From Bacteroidota bacterium (GTDB taxonomy: Bacteria; Bacteroidota; Ignavibacteria; Palsa-1295), in contig JAUZOQ010000001.1 in the NCBI GenBank assembly GCA_030706385.1, forward strand, positions 5,575 through 69,574: 64,000 nucleotides of DNA. Direction: 5' to 3'. Below are positions 49,514 through 58,782 of this stretch, in pieces. A program made the position numbers and the translations under genes. Below the pieces are notes generated by a model. It was not told where the DNA came from, ran no database searches, and saw only the letters and a list, made by a program, of their open reading frames with translations. Within the stretch, counting starts at the first letter, position 1; each line of letters starts with the position of its first letter.

Positions 49514-50480
49514 CGAAAAGGTCAGTTCATTGAAAACAAAGCTACGAGAGCATGATTATCATATCCCTGTTCTCGCCGAAGAGGCAGTCGAAGCACTGGA
49601 CCTCAGAGCTGGAGCCACCTATGTGGACGCCACTCTCGGTGGGGGCGGGTATGCAGAATTAATCTTGGAGCGTCTACATGACGGAAGACTCTATGGCTTC
49701 GATACCGATCCGCAGGCAATGACTTATGCCACGGAACGGCTCAAACGCTTTGGTAATCGCTTCACCCTTGTTGCGGAGAATTTTTCTCATCTCAAGGAAG
49801 CACTCACAGCAAACCACGTAACTAGTATTAACGGAATTGTTTATGATCTCGGCGTCTCAAGCCGGCAATTGGATACAACAAGTGTCGGCTTAAGCTACCG
49901 GTTCGATGCACCGCTTGATATGCGTCTGGATCCGAGGCTAAGAAGAAATGCCGCTGATATTATCTCTACGGCGAGCATTGAAGAGTTGAAAACGATTTTC
50001 GGGACTTTCGGAGAAGAGCCGATGAGCGGGAGGATCGCTCGCTGGATCGTCGAAGAAAGAAAAAAGAAGCCGATTCGAACGACTTTTGACTTGGCCAAAG
50101 TCGCAGTACAGGGCATTCGTGAAGATAAAAGGAATGCAACACTTTCGAGAATCTTCCAGGCTTTACGAATCAAAGTAAATGACGAACTGGGCAGCCTCGA
50201 ACGATCCCTTGAACAGGCGCTTGAGCTGCTCGAGAAGAATGGACGGATCGTCGTTGTCAGCTATCACTCGCTTGAGGATCGGATCGTGAAAGATTTCTTC
50301 TTCGCACATGCAAAGCCAAAAGTTGAAACTGGCTCACTTGAATCGCTGAAGCAAAGTATTGATGAAGAGAAAGCGCAATTGAAGCTAATCACGAAGAAGC
50401 CAATTGTGGCTTCAGAAGAGGAAGTGGCAGCAAATCCTCGTGCTCGTAGCGCAAAGATGAGAGTTGCAGAAAAGAAGTAA
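49500..50480 (+). CDS. rsmH: 16S rRNA (cytosine1402-N4)-methyltransferase
   Basis: RsmH/MraW motifs (HIPVLAEEAVEAL; YVDATLGGGGYAE; GIVYDLGVSSRQLD; VVSYHSLEDRIVK). GTG start overlaps the mraZ stop. Confidence 0.9.
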   Translation: MTKPSEKVSSLKTKLREHDYHIPVLAEEAVEALDLRAGATYVDATLGGGGYAELILERLHDGRLYGFDTDPQAMTYATERLKRFGNRFTLVAENFSHLKEALTANHVTSINGIVYDLGVSSRQLDTTSVGLSYRFDAPLDMRLDPRLRRNAADIISTASIEELKTIFGTFGEEPMSGRIARWIVEERKKKPIRTTFDLAKVAVQGIREDKRNATLSRIFQALRIKVNDELGSLERSLEQALELLEKNGRIVVVSYHSLEDRIVKDFFFAHAKPKVETGSLESLKQSIDEEKAQLKLITKKPIVASEEEVAANPRARSAKMRVAEKK

Positions 50481-50508
50481 ACGAATTTGCGAGAACCCAT
50501 GACAGGGG

Positions 50509-50575
50509 ACGAAGCAATCTGAAAAACATGAGAAGGTTAGGTTAAGTACTCTGGCGTTTTAGATTGCTTCGTGTC
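50509..50575 (+). promoter_or_regulatory. long inverted repeat (stem-loop) in rsmH-ftsL intergenic region
   Basis: GACGAAGCAATCTGAAAAAC (50509-50527) pairs with GTTTTAGATTGCTTCGTGTC (50556-50575), about 17 bp with one bulge, enclosing a ~28-nt loop. Confidence 0.35.
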
Positions 50576-50611
50576 TCGCAATAGGAATATTACTCTACAC
50601 TCGATCGCCCA

Positions 50612-51061
50612 ATGACACATATCGCTTTTACACCCCGCTTGAAAGCAACTCCTTCACGAGGAGCATTAGGTGTAAAATCCGATCTCTATGAACCACAACG
50701 ACACCTCGAAATCCCGGATCCCGAATTCGTAGATTCTGAAAAGGACACGTTCGAGAGAAAAAAACCCAAGGGAGAGACTCTTGAAAAAGTCGTTAAGCGA
50801 ATCCCTACCTTTTATGTCATTATCTTCTTCAGCGTTTTCACAGCTTGTGCAGTGCTGATCATCTGGAATACTCTTCAAGTCAACCGTTTGACGTACGATA
50901 AATCCAGATTGGAAGGAAAAATCGAACAGACGAAACAACGGATTATCAAACTCAAAGCTCAGGAAATGCAGCTATCTGCACCGGAAAGAATACGCGAAAT
51001 AGCAAAGGGAAAATTCGGAATGCAGGAAGCCAATGGCATTGATGAATTCACGATTCAATAA
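50612..51061 (+). CDS. ftsL: cell division protein FtsL-like
   Basis: Position between rsmH and ftsI; a single TM (VIIFFSVFTACAVLIIW) followed by coiled-coil/leucine-zipper-like periplasmic sequence, 149 aa. The exact start is uncertain. Confidence 0.6.
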   Translation: MTHIAFTPRLKATPSRGALGVKSDLYEPQRHLEIPDPEFVDSEKDTFERKKPKGETLEKVVKRIPTFYVIIFFSVFTACAVLIIWNTLQVNRLTYDKSRLEGKIEQTKQRIIKLKAQEMQLSAPERIREIAKGKFGMQEANGIDEFTIQ

Positions 51062-51087
51062 TTCGAATTAGGGAGAAAACACGAACC

Positions 51088-53499
51088 GTGCGTTCGTACG
51101 AAAAAGGTTATAGCACAGCTTCCCCGCTCGAACGCCCAACAGGCGTTAGGACTCCCTCATCTTTCGCAAGAGAACGGTCATCCGAAACCGAACAGGAATA
51201 TAGGGCTCCTGGACGTAATCGAACCCAACCAGACTCCCATCCGCGATACGGACCTCAGGCAGAATCAGCTGTATCCATGCCCAAAGGCAAACAATGGCAT
51301 CAGCGCTGGATCGAAAGATTTTTTGCTTCGCCGGCTACAAAGGATCCGATGTCTTCCAATGGAAGGCTCTATATTGTTCTTGCCGTGTTTCTCATTGGAT
51401 TTTGTGCTGTTATTGGAAAATTATTTAAGGTTCAAGTCATCGAGCACGAAGCACTAAGCGAACAGGCCGCAAGCCAGTACCAAATGCAAGTTACTGTTCC
51501 GGCCAGACGCGGAGTACTACGAGATCGTAATGGTGTGATACTTGCCAGCAACGCCTTTGTTGTGAAGTTTGCATTTGATCCGGAGGAAATAAAAAATAAA
51601 ACGGCAGTCGCAGCTGCATTCAGTTCGGTTTTCGGTAAGCCAAAAGAGTACTATGAAGGCTTCTTAAAAGATACTTCCCGACATTACATCGTCGTCGAAC
51701 GTGAAGTACCGCAAGAGATCGCTGCAAAACTCGATGGGATCAAGGAGCGCGGAGTAATGCGTGAAACTGATGAGCGCAGACACTATGCGTTCGGAACAAA
51801 AGGGTCGCACATCCTGGGATTCGCTAGCAAAGATGGACGAGGCCTCGCAGGTCTCGAACTATACTACGACAAAATGCTACGTGGAACCGATGGCGTCAGC
51901 ATTATGCAACGCGACGGCAAAGGCTTCCGCAGGCCTGATGTAGACTATGATCAGGTCCCTCCGACAAACGGTGACGACCTGACACTCACGATCGACGAGG
52001 GTCTGCAGGCAGTGACGGAGAATGCCCTGAGGGCCGGAGTCGAACGGGCAAATGCTGAAGCAGGGATTGCAATCGTACTGAATCCTAGAACGGGAGAGAT
52101 TCTCTCCCTGGCAAACATGCCGGACTTTAATCCAAATGATTTTTTTTCCGCATCGAACGATATGCTTCGTAATCGAGCGATCACCGATGCCTTCGAACCG
52201 GGCTCAACGATGAAAGTTCTAACTGCAGCGATTGCATTGAACGAAGGAGCATGGAAACCGGAGGATAAGATCGATGCACAAGGCGGCACGTGGGTGATCG
52301 AGGGGGGTGCAAAAATAAAAGATACCCACGAGTACGGAGTTTTGACCTTTCGGCAGGCACTTGAGAAATCAAGCAATGTCTGTTTCGCTAAGATCTCCGA
52401 CAAACTTGAGCGCAGAAGATTCTATAAATACATGCGCGATTTTGGAATGAGCGTTCTATCGGGAATTGATCTGCCGGGAGAGATCAAAGGAAGTCTGCAT
52501 AAGCCCGACAAATGGAGTGTTAATTCCAAGCGATATGTCGCCTTCGGTTACGAAATGACGGCAACACCGATCCAATTGGCAATGGCTTATGCAACGATAG
52601 CGAATTTTGGTGTAATGATGAAACCATACATCATTTCGAAGCGCACGAATATCAAGGGCGAGGTAACAGAAATTCATCCGCAAGAGATTCGCAGAGTAGT
52701 CAGTGAAGAAAGCGCGAAGACATTGATCGACATCATGCGAGGAGTTGTCGATTCGGGCACCGGTACTTCAACAAAGATCAAGGGAATCCACATTGCCGGG
52801 AAAACAGGAACGGCGCAACAATATGTGGGCGGACATTATTCGAAGGAACATTATACTTCCAGTTTCATTGGGTTCTTTCCTGCTGAGAAGCCCGAGTATG
52901 AGATTCTCGTGATCATGCGCTCACCGAAGAACGGATACTATGGAGGCACTGTAAGCGCTCCGGTATTCAAAGAGATCGCAATGTCTATCCTGGAGCAAAG
53001 TGGAAAACTGGCACCGGATGCCAGAGCTCAGATGCCGCTGGCATCAACAACGCCTGCAATCGAGGAAGGTGGCGCGATCGAGATCGAAGGGACGATTCTG
53101 CGACCCCGGGAGCGGGACGATGATCGAGAGATGCCTGATGTGCGTGGATTAACGCAAGATGTTGCCAGATCGACATTGGCCGCACAAGGATTTATTGTAC
53201 TCAAAAGCGCTCAGAACGGAATCGTTGAGCGTGCAACAAGATTTGGTGGTGATTCTGTACGCTTCATTCTTCGTGCACCGGCACTAGATGAGGAGACCGA
53301 GAAACCAAAAGGTGAAAGCCAATTGGTCGAAGTCCCCGATTTCAGGCATATGCCGATGGCTCGAGCAATGAAATTCGGTGCAGCTAGTAATGTTCGTATC
53401 CGGCTGATCGGAGAAGGCAATGTGGAAAAACAATTGCCTGAACCGGGTGCGAAAGTAGATGCAAAGAATCCTATCGTTACGCTCTTCGGCGATGAATAG
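51088..53499 (+). CDS. ftsI: peptidoglycan D,D-transpeptidase FtsI (class B PBP) with two C-terminal PASTA domains
   Basis: TM anchor (LYIVLAVFLIGFCAVIGKLF), dimerisation domain, transpeptidase motifs STMK (FEPGSTMKVL), SSN (KSSNVCF) and KTGT (GKTGTAQ). Two C-terminal PASTA-like repeats (MPDVRGLTQDVARSTLAAQGF...; VPDFRHMPMARAMKFGAASNVRIRL...). The first ~85 aa of the track ORF (R/S/P-rich) may be upstream of the true start (alternative ATG ~51349). Confidence 0.85.
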   Translation: MRSYEKGYSTASPLERPTGVRTPSSFARERSSETEQEYRAPGRNRTQPDSHPRYGPQAESAVSMPKGKQWHQRWIERFFASPATKDPMSSNGRLYIVLAVFLIGFCAVIGKLFKVQVIEHEALSEQAASQYQMQVTVPARRGVLRDRNGVILASNAFVVKFAFDPEEIKNKTAVAAAFSSVFGKPKEYYEGFLKDTSRHYIVVEREVPQEIAAKLDGIKERGVMRETDERRHYAFGTKGSHILGFASKDGRGLAGLELYYDKMLRGTDGVSIMQRDGKGFRRPDVDYDQVPPTNGDDLTLTIDEGLQAVTENALRAGVERANAEAGIAIVLNPRTGEILSLANMPDFNPNDFFSASNDMLRNRAITDAFEPGSTMKVLTAAIALNEGAWKPEDKIDAQGGTWVIEGGAKIKDTHEYGVLTFRQALEKSSNVCFAKISDKLERRRFYKYMRDFGMSVLSGIDLPGEIKGSLHKPDKWSVNSKRYVAFGYEMTATPIQLAMAYATIANFGVMMKPYIISKRTNIKGEVTEIHPQEIRRVVSEESAKTLIDIMRGVVDSGTGTSTKIKGIHIAGKTGTAQQYVGGHYSKEHYTSSFIGFFPAEKPEYEILVIMRSPKNGYYGGTVSAPVFKEIAMSILEQSGKLAPDARAQMPLASTTPAIEEGGAIEIEGTILRPRERDDDREMPDVRGLTQDVARSTLAAQGFIVLKSAQNGIVERATRFGGDSVRFILRAPALDEETEKPKGESQLVEVPDFRHMPMARAMKFGAASNVRIRLIGEGNVEKQLPEPGAKVDAKNPIVTLFGDE

Positions 53500-53634
53500 A
53501 ATATTGTTTTCTCTGGATGCAGAATAATCGTATATTGCAGCCAAAGAAAACTACCACACTATGATCGCGCCAAAGTTATACCGGATTAACGAATTTTTTC
53601 GGAGCATCCGTGCAAAAGCAATGTTCTTTGACAA

Positions 53635-55200
53635 ATGAAATTCAGTGAGCTCACGCGGCAACGAGAGATCGGTATCCTCGCCTATCAAGGCTTGAAGGAT
53701 GCCGATCTCTCCGACCCGCAATACGATTCAAGACTCGTCAAACCGGGTTCGACATTCTTCGCAATAAAGGGTTTTGCCACCGACGGACATTCCTTCATCA
53801 AGGACGCAATCAAAAAAGGAGCAAGAACGATCGTTCTGGAAGACGGTTCGTCCTTCAGCGAAGAAGATGCCCGGGTACACAACGTTAACCGACTTTTGGT
53901 TGCCAATTCCCGGATAGCTCTTTCCATCATTTCAGAAGATGTGTTTGGATCACCTTCACGCAAGCTGAGGCTTATAGGGGTCACAGGCACGAATGGAAAG
54001 ACGACAACGACAAATTTGATCAAACAGCTGCTGGAATTGCGCGGGGAAACATGCGGTCTTATTGGCACACTGGGTGTGTTTATCGACAAACGATTTATTC
54101 CTGGCACCCACACGACACCAGAATCAAGAGATATATCGGAGCTTCTTGCCAGAATGCTAAAGGAGGGAGTAACAACCTGCGTTATGGAAGTCAGTTCACA
54201 TTCCATTGTCCTTGAGCGAATATCAGCGCTCGATTTCGATATAGGGGTCTTTACAAATCTAACACAAGATCACCTGGATTTTCATCATTCCATGGAAAGC
54301 TATGCTGCAGCAAAGCAGAAATTTTTCACAGGTTTGCGTGAAACAGCGGTAGCAATAACGAATTCAGGAAGCCCGCATGGAGAGTTCATGACGGAGCATA
54401 CCATAGCGAACGCTCATTCCTATGGAATTGATGATGGCTCGAAGTTCGGTAATGCCGATCTGGTGGCCTCGGACGTTGCCTACTCGCTGCGCGGAACGAA
54501 ATTCACCGTCAAAAAAAGGTATTCTGATGAACAAACAATATTTGACAGTAAGCTCGTTGGAAAATTTAATGTCGAGAATATACTTGCGGCAGCTTCGGCT
54601 CTCTACTTCGGCGTCGAGGGGTTTTCGCTCGAAGTACTTTCCAAAGCGATACCGCAATTACAACCGGTGCGGGGGCGGTTCGAGCAGATAGAACTTCCGA
54701 ATGGTGCTCTCGCCATTATTGATTACGCCCACACCCCAGACGCTCTTCAGAATGTCCTGGTTACGATTCGGGCACTTGATCCGAGCACAAAAGTGACAAC
54801 CGTGTTTGGATGTGGTGGAGATCGCGACCGTTTGAAAAGGCCGCTCATGGGTGCAATAGCAGAAACCCTGTCAGATCGGATAATTATCACGAATGATAAT
54901 CCAAGAACGGAAGACTCTCACAGTATCGCACACGAGATACTGGAGGGAATATCACTTTCTAAGAGAACGGGCGCAATAATAATTTTGGATCGGAAAGAAG
55001 CTATTCTGACAGCACTCGATTCAGCCGTGATAAACGAGGTAATTCTCATCGCAGGGAAAGGTCATGAAGATTATCAGATCATCGGAGACAAGAAGATCCA
55101 CTTTAACGATCGTGAAGTGGTTGAGGAATGGATTCATAATAGAATATCGAACCCGGGTAGCACAAGTAACGAAGAACCAATGAAATTGAAGAAATCATGA
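53635..55200 (+). CDS. murE: UDP-N-acetylmuramoyl-L-alanyl-D-glutamate--2,6-diaminopimelate ligase
   Basis: Mur ligase P-loop GVTGTNGKTTTT and the DNPR motif (ITNDNPRTED) diagnostic of meso-DAP-adding MurE, 521 aa. Confidence 0.92.
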   Translation: MKFSELTRQREIGILAYQGLKDADLSDPQYDSRLVKPGSTFFAIKGFATDGHSFIKDAIKKGARTIVLEDGSSFSEEDARVHNVNRLLVANSRIALSIISEDVFGSPSRKLRLIGVTGTNGKTTTTNLIKQLLELRGETCGLIGTLGVFIDKRFIPGTHTTPESRDISELLARMLKEGVTTCVMEVSSHSIVLERISALDFDIGVFTNLTQDHLDFHHSMESYAAAKQKFFTGLRETAVAITNSGSPHGEFMTEHTIANAHSYGIDDGSKFGNADLVASDVAYSLRGTKFTVKKRYSDEQTIFDSKLVGKFNVENILAAASALYFGVEGFSLEVLSKAIPQLQPVRGRFEQIELPNGALAIIDYAHTPDALQNVLVTIRALDPSTKVTTVFGCGGDRDRLKRPLMGAIAETLSDRIIITNDNPRTEDSHSIAHEILEGISLSKRTGAIIILDRKEAILTALDSAVINEVILIAGKGHEDYQIIGDKKIHFNDREVVEEWIHNRISNPGSTSNEEPMKLKKS

Positions 55201-56594
55201 GACTTACCTTAGGGGAGATCCACGGCATCAAACATCTCCGGGCTATTGGTTTTACTCAGCATTCACTTTCGGCAGCTATTCATGATGTATCCACAGACTC
55301 ACGATTAGTCAAAAAGCGCGATCTCTTTGTCGCACTTCGGGGTGAAAAATACGATGGTCATGTATTTCTTAAAGCTGCGGAAGAAAAGGGGGCAATTGCA
55401 GCCGTAGTTGATGAGAAATGGTTCAAAGACCAAACGCCAAAACATCGAAAGTTTAGCATTCCGCTTCTTGTCGTTAGAAGTACTCTGGATGCGTATGGCG
55501 ATATCGCTCATCTCTACAGGAGCAAGTTTAACATTCCTGTTATCCTTATTGCCGGTTCTAATGGCAAAACAACTACGAAGGAAGTTCTTAGTCATGTCTT
55601 AGGGTCATCGTTCAATGTCTTGAAAACTGAGGCGAACTTCAATAATCAGGTTGGACTGCCGAAGATGCTTCTCCGGCTACGGCCGAAACATCAGATCGCA
55701 GTTCTTGAGATTGGGACCAATCATCCCGGAGAGATTGCTTGGCTGACAAAAGTTGCTGAACCGACGCACGGCTTTATTACGAATATCGGAAGAGAACATC
55801 TTGAGTTTTTCAATAATGTTCGTGGAGTTGCTCACGAGGAGTTGGCTCTGTTCAGATTCCTAGCGCAAAAGAAGGGATTTGTATTCATCAATACAGACGA
55901 TACTTTCCTGGCTCCTCAAACGAGGCTCTTCAGTGGAAGAAATATTTCTTTTGGGAGTACCGCACATGCCGATGTTACTGCTTTATCGGAAGGTTATACG
56001 AAAGATACGCGGTTAGGAGTAAGAGTGCAGATTGGCACGAGAGGTTTTCTCTGCAAGACATACATCATCGCGGATTACGCTCCATCACTGATTGCCGGTG
56101 TAACATCGGTTGCTACGTATTTTGGAATGACGCCTTCAACAATCAAGAACGCGATCGAGAGTTACAAACCGACTGCCAAACGTATGGAGATCGTCACCCT
56201 CCGAAGCGGGTCGACTGCAATCAACGATTGCTACAATGCGAATCCGGAATCGTTCTTGGCAGCTCTTGAAACGTTGAAGCGAATTCCCGCACGTGGAAAG
56301 AAGTATGTTATTGCAGGTGACATGTTCGAACTAGGTAACACGTCGGTGCGCGAGCATAAATTGCTAGGCAAAACGATGGCAATGTATAAATTCGATGGGT
56401 ATTATTTTACCGGTGCTGCCATGAAACAGGCCTTTGCTGCACTTGTGAATTCCAATACGAAACTTTCCGCATCCTACGAATCGACAAAAATGGATATCGC
56501 AAACGCTGTTCGGTCGGTTCTTAAAAGAGGAGATGTGATTCTTGTCAAAGGATCAAGGGGAATGAAAATGGAGACCATCATCGAGCAGCTTTGA
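55197..56594 (+). CDS. murF: UDP-N-acetylmuramoyl-tripeptide--D-alanyl-D-alanine ligase
   Basis: Mur ligase P-loop IAGSNGKTTTKE, MurF order and size (465 aa); overlaps the murE stop. Confidence 0.9.
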   Translation: MRLTLGEIHGIKHLRAIGFTQHSLSAAIHDVSTDSRLVKKRDLFVALRGEKYDGHVFLKAAEEKGAIAAVVDEKWFKDQTPKHRKFSIPLLVVRSTLDAYGDIAHLYRSKFNIPVILIAGSNGKTTTKEVLSHVLGSSFNVLKTEANFNNQVGLPKMLLRLRPKHQIAVLEIGTNHPGEIAWLTKVAEPTHGFITNIGREHLEFFNNVRGVAHEELALFRFLAQKKGFVFINTDDTFLAPQTRLFSGRNISFGSTAHADVTALSEGYTKDTRLGVRVQIGTRGFLCKTYIIADYAPSLIAGVTSVATYFGMTPSTIKNAIESYKPTAKRMEIVTLRSGSTAINDCYNANPESFLAALETLKRIPARGKKYVIAGDMFELGNTSVREHKLLGKTMAMYKFDGYYFTGAAMKQAFAALVNSNTKLSASYESTKMDIANAVRSVLKRGDVILVKGSRGMKMETIIEQL

Positions 56595-56660
56595 GTTATG
56601 AATAATGAGTTTTGAATACTTGTAGAATTCATAATTCACAACTCATCATTCAAGACACAC

Positions 56661-57776
56661 ATGCTGTACTACTTATTCAACTGGATCAACCGCACATTTT
56701 CGCCTCCGGGCGGTGAGCTTATCCGGTATATTACTTTTCGCTCGGCCGTTGCTGCGCTTTCAGCATTAGCCATCAGTTTCTTTGTCGGCCCGCGGATCAT
56801 CAGGCGTTTGAAAGAACTTCAGGTAAGCGAACAGGGAAAAGTAGAAGCTCCGAAAGCCCATCTCTCGAAAGCGGGAACGCCGATGATGGGAGGACTTATC
56901 ATCCTGATCGCCTCCTTGGGACCTACGTTACTCTGGGCCGACATTGGAAATCTCTTTATCGTTCTGATCTTCCTCGCAACTTTGATTCTCGGTGGGATCG
57001 GATTCATGGATGACTATTTAAAAGTTGTTAAGAAGAAAAAAAAGGGACTGATCGCGCGCTACAAACTCGCCGGACAGGTCGCAGTTGGATTGATAGTGGG
57101 ACTATCGATCATGCTCTCTCCGCATCTGTTTCCCGATATCGCAACTGCGACGACCATGCCATTCTTTAAGAATCTTGTTTTTGACTTTGGCAAATGGCTC
57201 TATATTCCGTTTGTGATCTTTGTTATCACTGCAACGTCGAATGCTGTCAATCTAACTGATGGTCTCGATGGGCTTGCGGCGGGCACCGTCTCGATCGCCT
57301 TTATCGGAATTATGGCGATCGCCTACTTCACCGGAAACTTGCAGTTGAGTGAATACCTGAATATTCCTTATCTAAAAGGAGCGGGTGAGCTAACCGTTTT
57401 TTGCGCGGCGCTTGTGGGAGCGTCGCTCGGATTCCTGTGGTTCAATGCCTACCCGGCGCAAGTGTTCATGGGCGATACAGGTTCACTTGCGCTGGGCGGC
57501 GCCATGGGAACAATGATGGTTCTGGTAAAAAAGGAATTCGTCTTGCCGATCATCGGTGGCATCTTTTTCATCGAGTCTCTATCGGTCATCTCACAGACCC
57601 TCTTCTTCAAATTTACAAGAAAACGATTCGGCGAAGGAAGGCGCATCTTCAAAATGGCTCCGCTCCATCATCATTTTGAACTGACCGGCTGGGCTGAACC
57701 GAAGATCGTCACCCGGGCATACATCGTAGCGATATTGCTTGCCATTCTAACTCTCGCTACTTTCAAGGTGCGGTAG
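56661..57776 (+). CDS. mraY: phospho-N-acetylmuramoyl-pentapeptide transferase
   Basis: Polytopic. Conserved MraY motifs (GTPMMGG; NAVNLTDGLDGLAAG; PAQVFMGDTGSLALGG; HHHFE). Confidence 0.93.
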   Translation: MLYYLFNWINRTFSPPGGELIRYITFRSAVAALSALAISFFVGPRIIRRLKELQVSEQGKVEAPKAHLSKAGTPMMGGLIILIASLGPTLLWADIGNLFIVLIFLATLILGGIGFMDDYLKVVKKKKKGLIARYKLAGQVAVGLIVGLSIMLSPHLFPDIATATTMPFFKNLVFDFGKWLYIPFVIFVITATSNAVNLTDGLDGLAAGTVSIAFIGIMAIAYFTGNLQLSEYLNIPYLKGAGELTVFCAALVGASLGFLWFNAYPAQVFMGDTGSLALGGAMGTMMVLVKKEFVLPIIGGIFFIESLSVISQTLFFKFTRKRFGEGRRIFKMAPLHHHFELTGWAEPKIVTRAYIVAILLAILTLATFKVR

Positions 57777-57794
57777 TGTTATTAGAGAAGAGTC

Positions 57795-58748
57795 ATGAAG
57801 AACCTCTTTCTTATTCTCACTCTCGTTTGTATGCTTCCTAGTGTTGGAAGCGCACAGCGGCTAAAGCTTGATGTTGCATATATTATAGAGGGACAGTTCA
57901 CCGATTCGATTGTAGACATCGAAGCGCATATCGTAACCTTCGATCGTGGGAGGCCTGGCCCTATTAAAAGTGATTGGATCGACCATGTCAAGGCAAAAGT
58001 CATTTCGCAAAACGATGATGAAACAAGCTGCGTATCCTTTACCTTGGGCGAATATAAACCTTTACCTGATAATGGGCTGGACGTGCCATGGCTGAAGATA
58101 TACATAAATAATACTTCAGTCTATTCCGATTTGAGTGGTAAGGATTATGCATCAAGCATAGGAATAAAGTATCTTTGTCGTGAAGTGAGAGTAAATAAAG
58201 CTCTCTTTAATCACTATGACTTTTTCGATCGACCTGTGAATGCGGATACGCTTCCCGGACTAAGAATTCGCATACAAAATCTTTTGCAGCCGAAGGAAAT
58301 GCTCCTTGAGTATTTGGTAACAGGAGCATTTCAGAGTACAGATATAAATGTTGATGCAGTGATTGTTGATGCATATGGAAAGATACTTTGGAGAGAAGAT
58401 GGCATTGTTGGCAAAGTTGAATACTATCCCCAAGATATCACGCGTAAATGGGTCACGTTTCTCTTAGGTAAGAGCAAAGCACTTCCCTCTATCATTTTTG
58501 AAGAAAATAATATATTCAGCACTGATAGTTCAAATCTCTATCTACAGATATTTATCGAGAAACACATTTTGCATAGTCATTTGAAACCCCGAAACGATTA
58601 TCCTGACTCCATCATGGGTAAATATTCCCTTGAAGAACTTGGAGGCAATACTCTAAACTGGGTCGGCGTCAATGGATATTTTTCTGAGCCGCGCTCTTCA
58701 CCAAACGGAGTTTTGATATGCATCCGGAATAGATCATGGATCGAATAA
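57795..58748 (+). CDS. low-GC secreted hypothetical protein inserted between mraY and murD
   Basis: Signal peptide MKNLFLILTLVCMLPSVGSAQ, 317 aa, no recognisable motif. By eye its nucleotide composition is clearly AT-richer (~40% GC) than the flanking mraY/murD (~50%). Confidence 0.6.
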   Translation: MKNLFLILTLVCMLPSVGSAQRLKLDVAYIIEGQFTDSIVDIEAHIVTFDRGRPGPIKSDWIDHVKAKVISQNDDETSCVSFTLGEYKPLPDNGLDVPWLKIYINNTSVYSDLSGKDYASSIGIKYLCREVRVNKALFNHYDFFDRPVNADTLPGLRIRIQNLLQPKEMLLEYLVTGAFQSTDINVDAVIVDAYGKILWREDGIVGKVEYYPQDITRKWVTFLLGKSKALPSIIFEENNIFSTDSSNLYLQIFIEKHILHSHLKPRNDYPDSIMGKYSLEELGGNTLNWVGVNGYFSEPRSSPNGVLICIRNRSWIE

Positions 58749-58782
58749 CCTAATTTCATTCAAATACCAATCATAGTAATCT

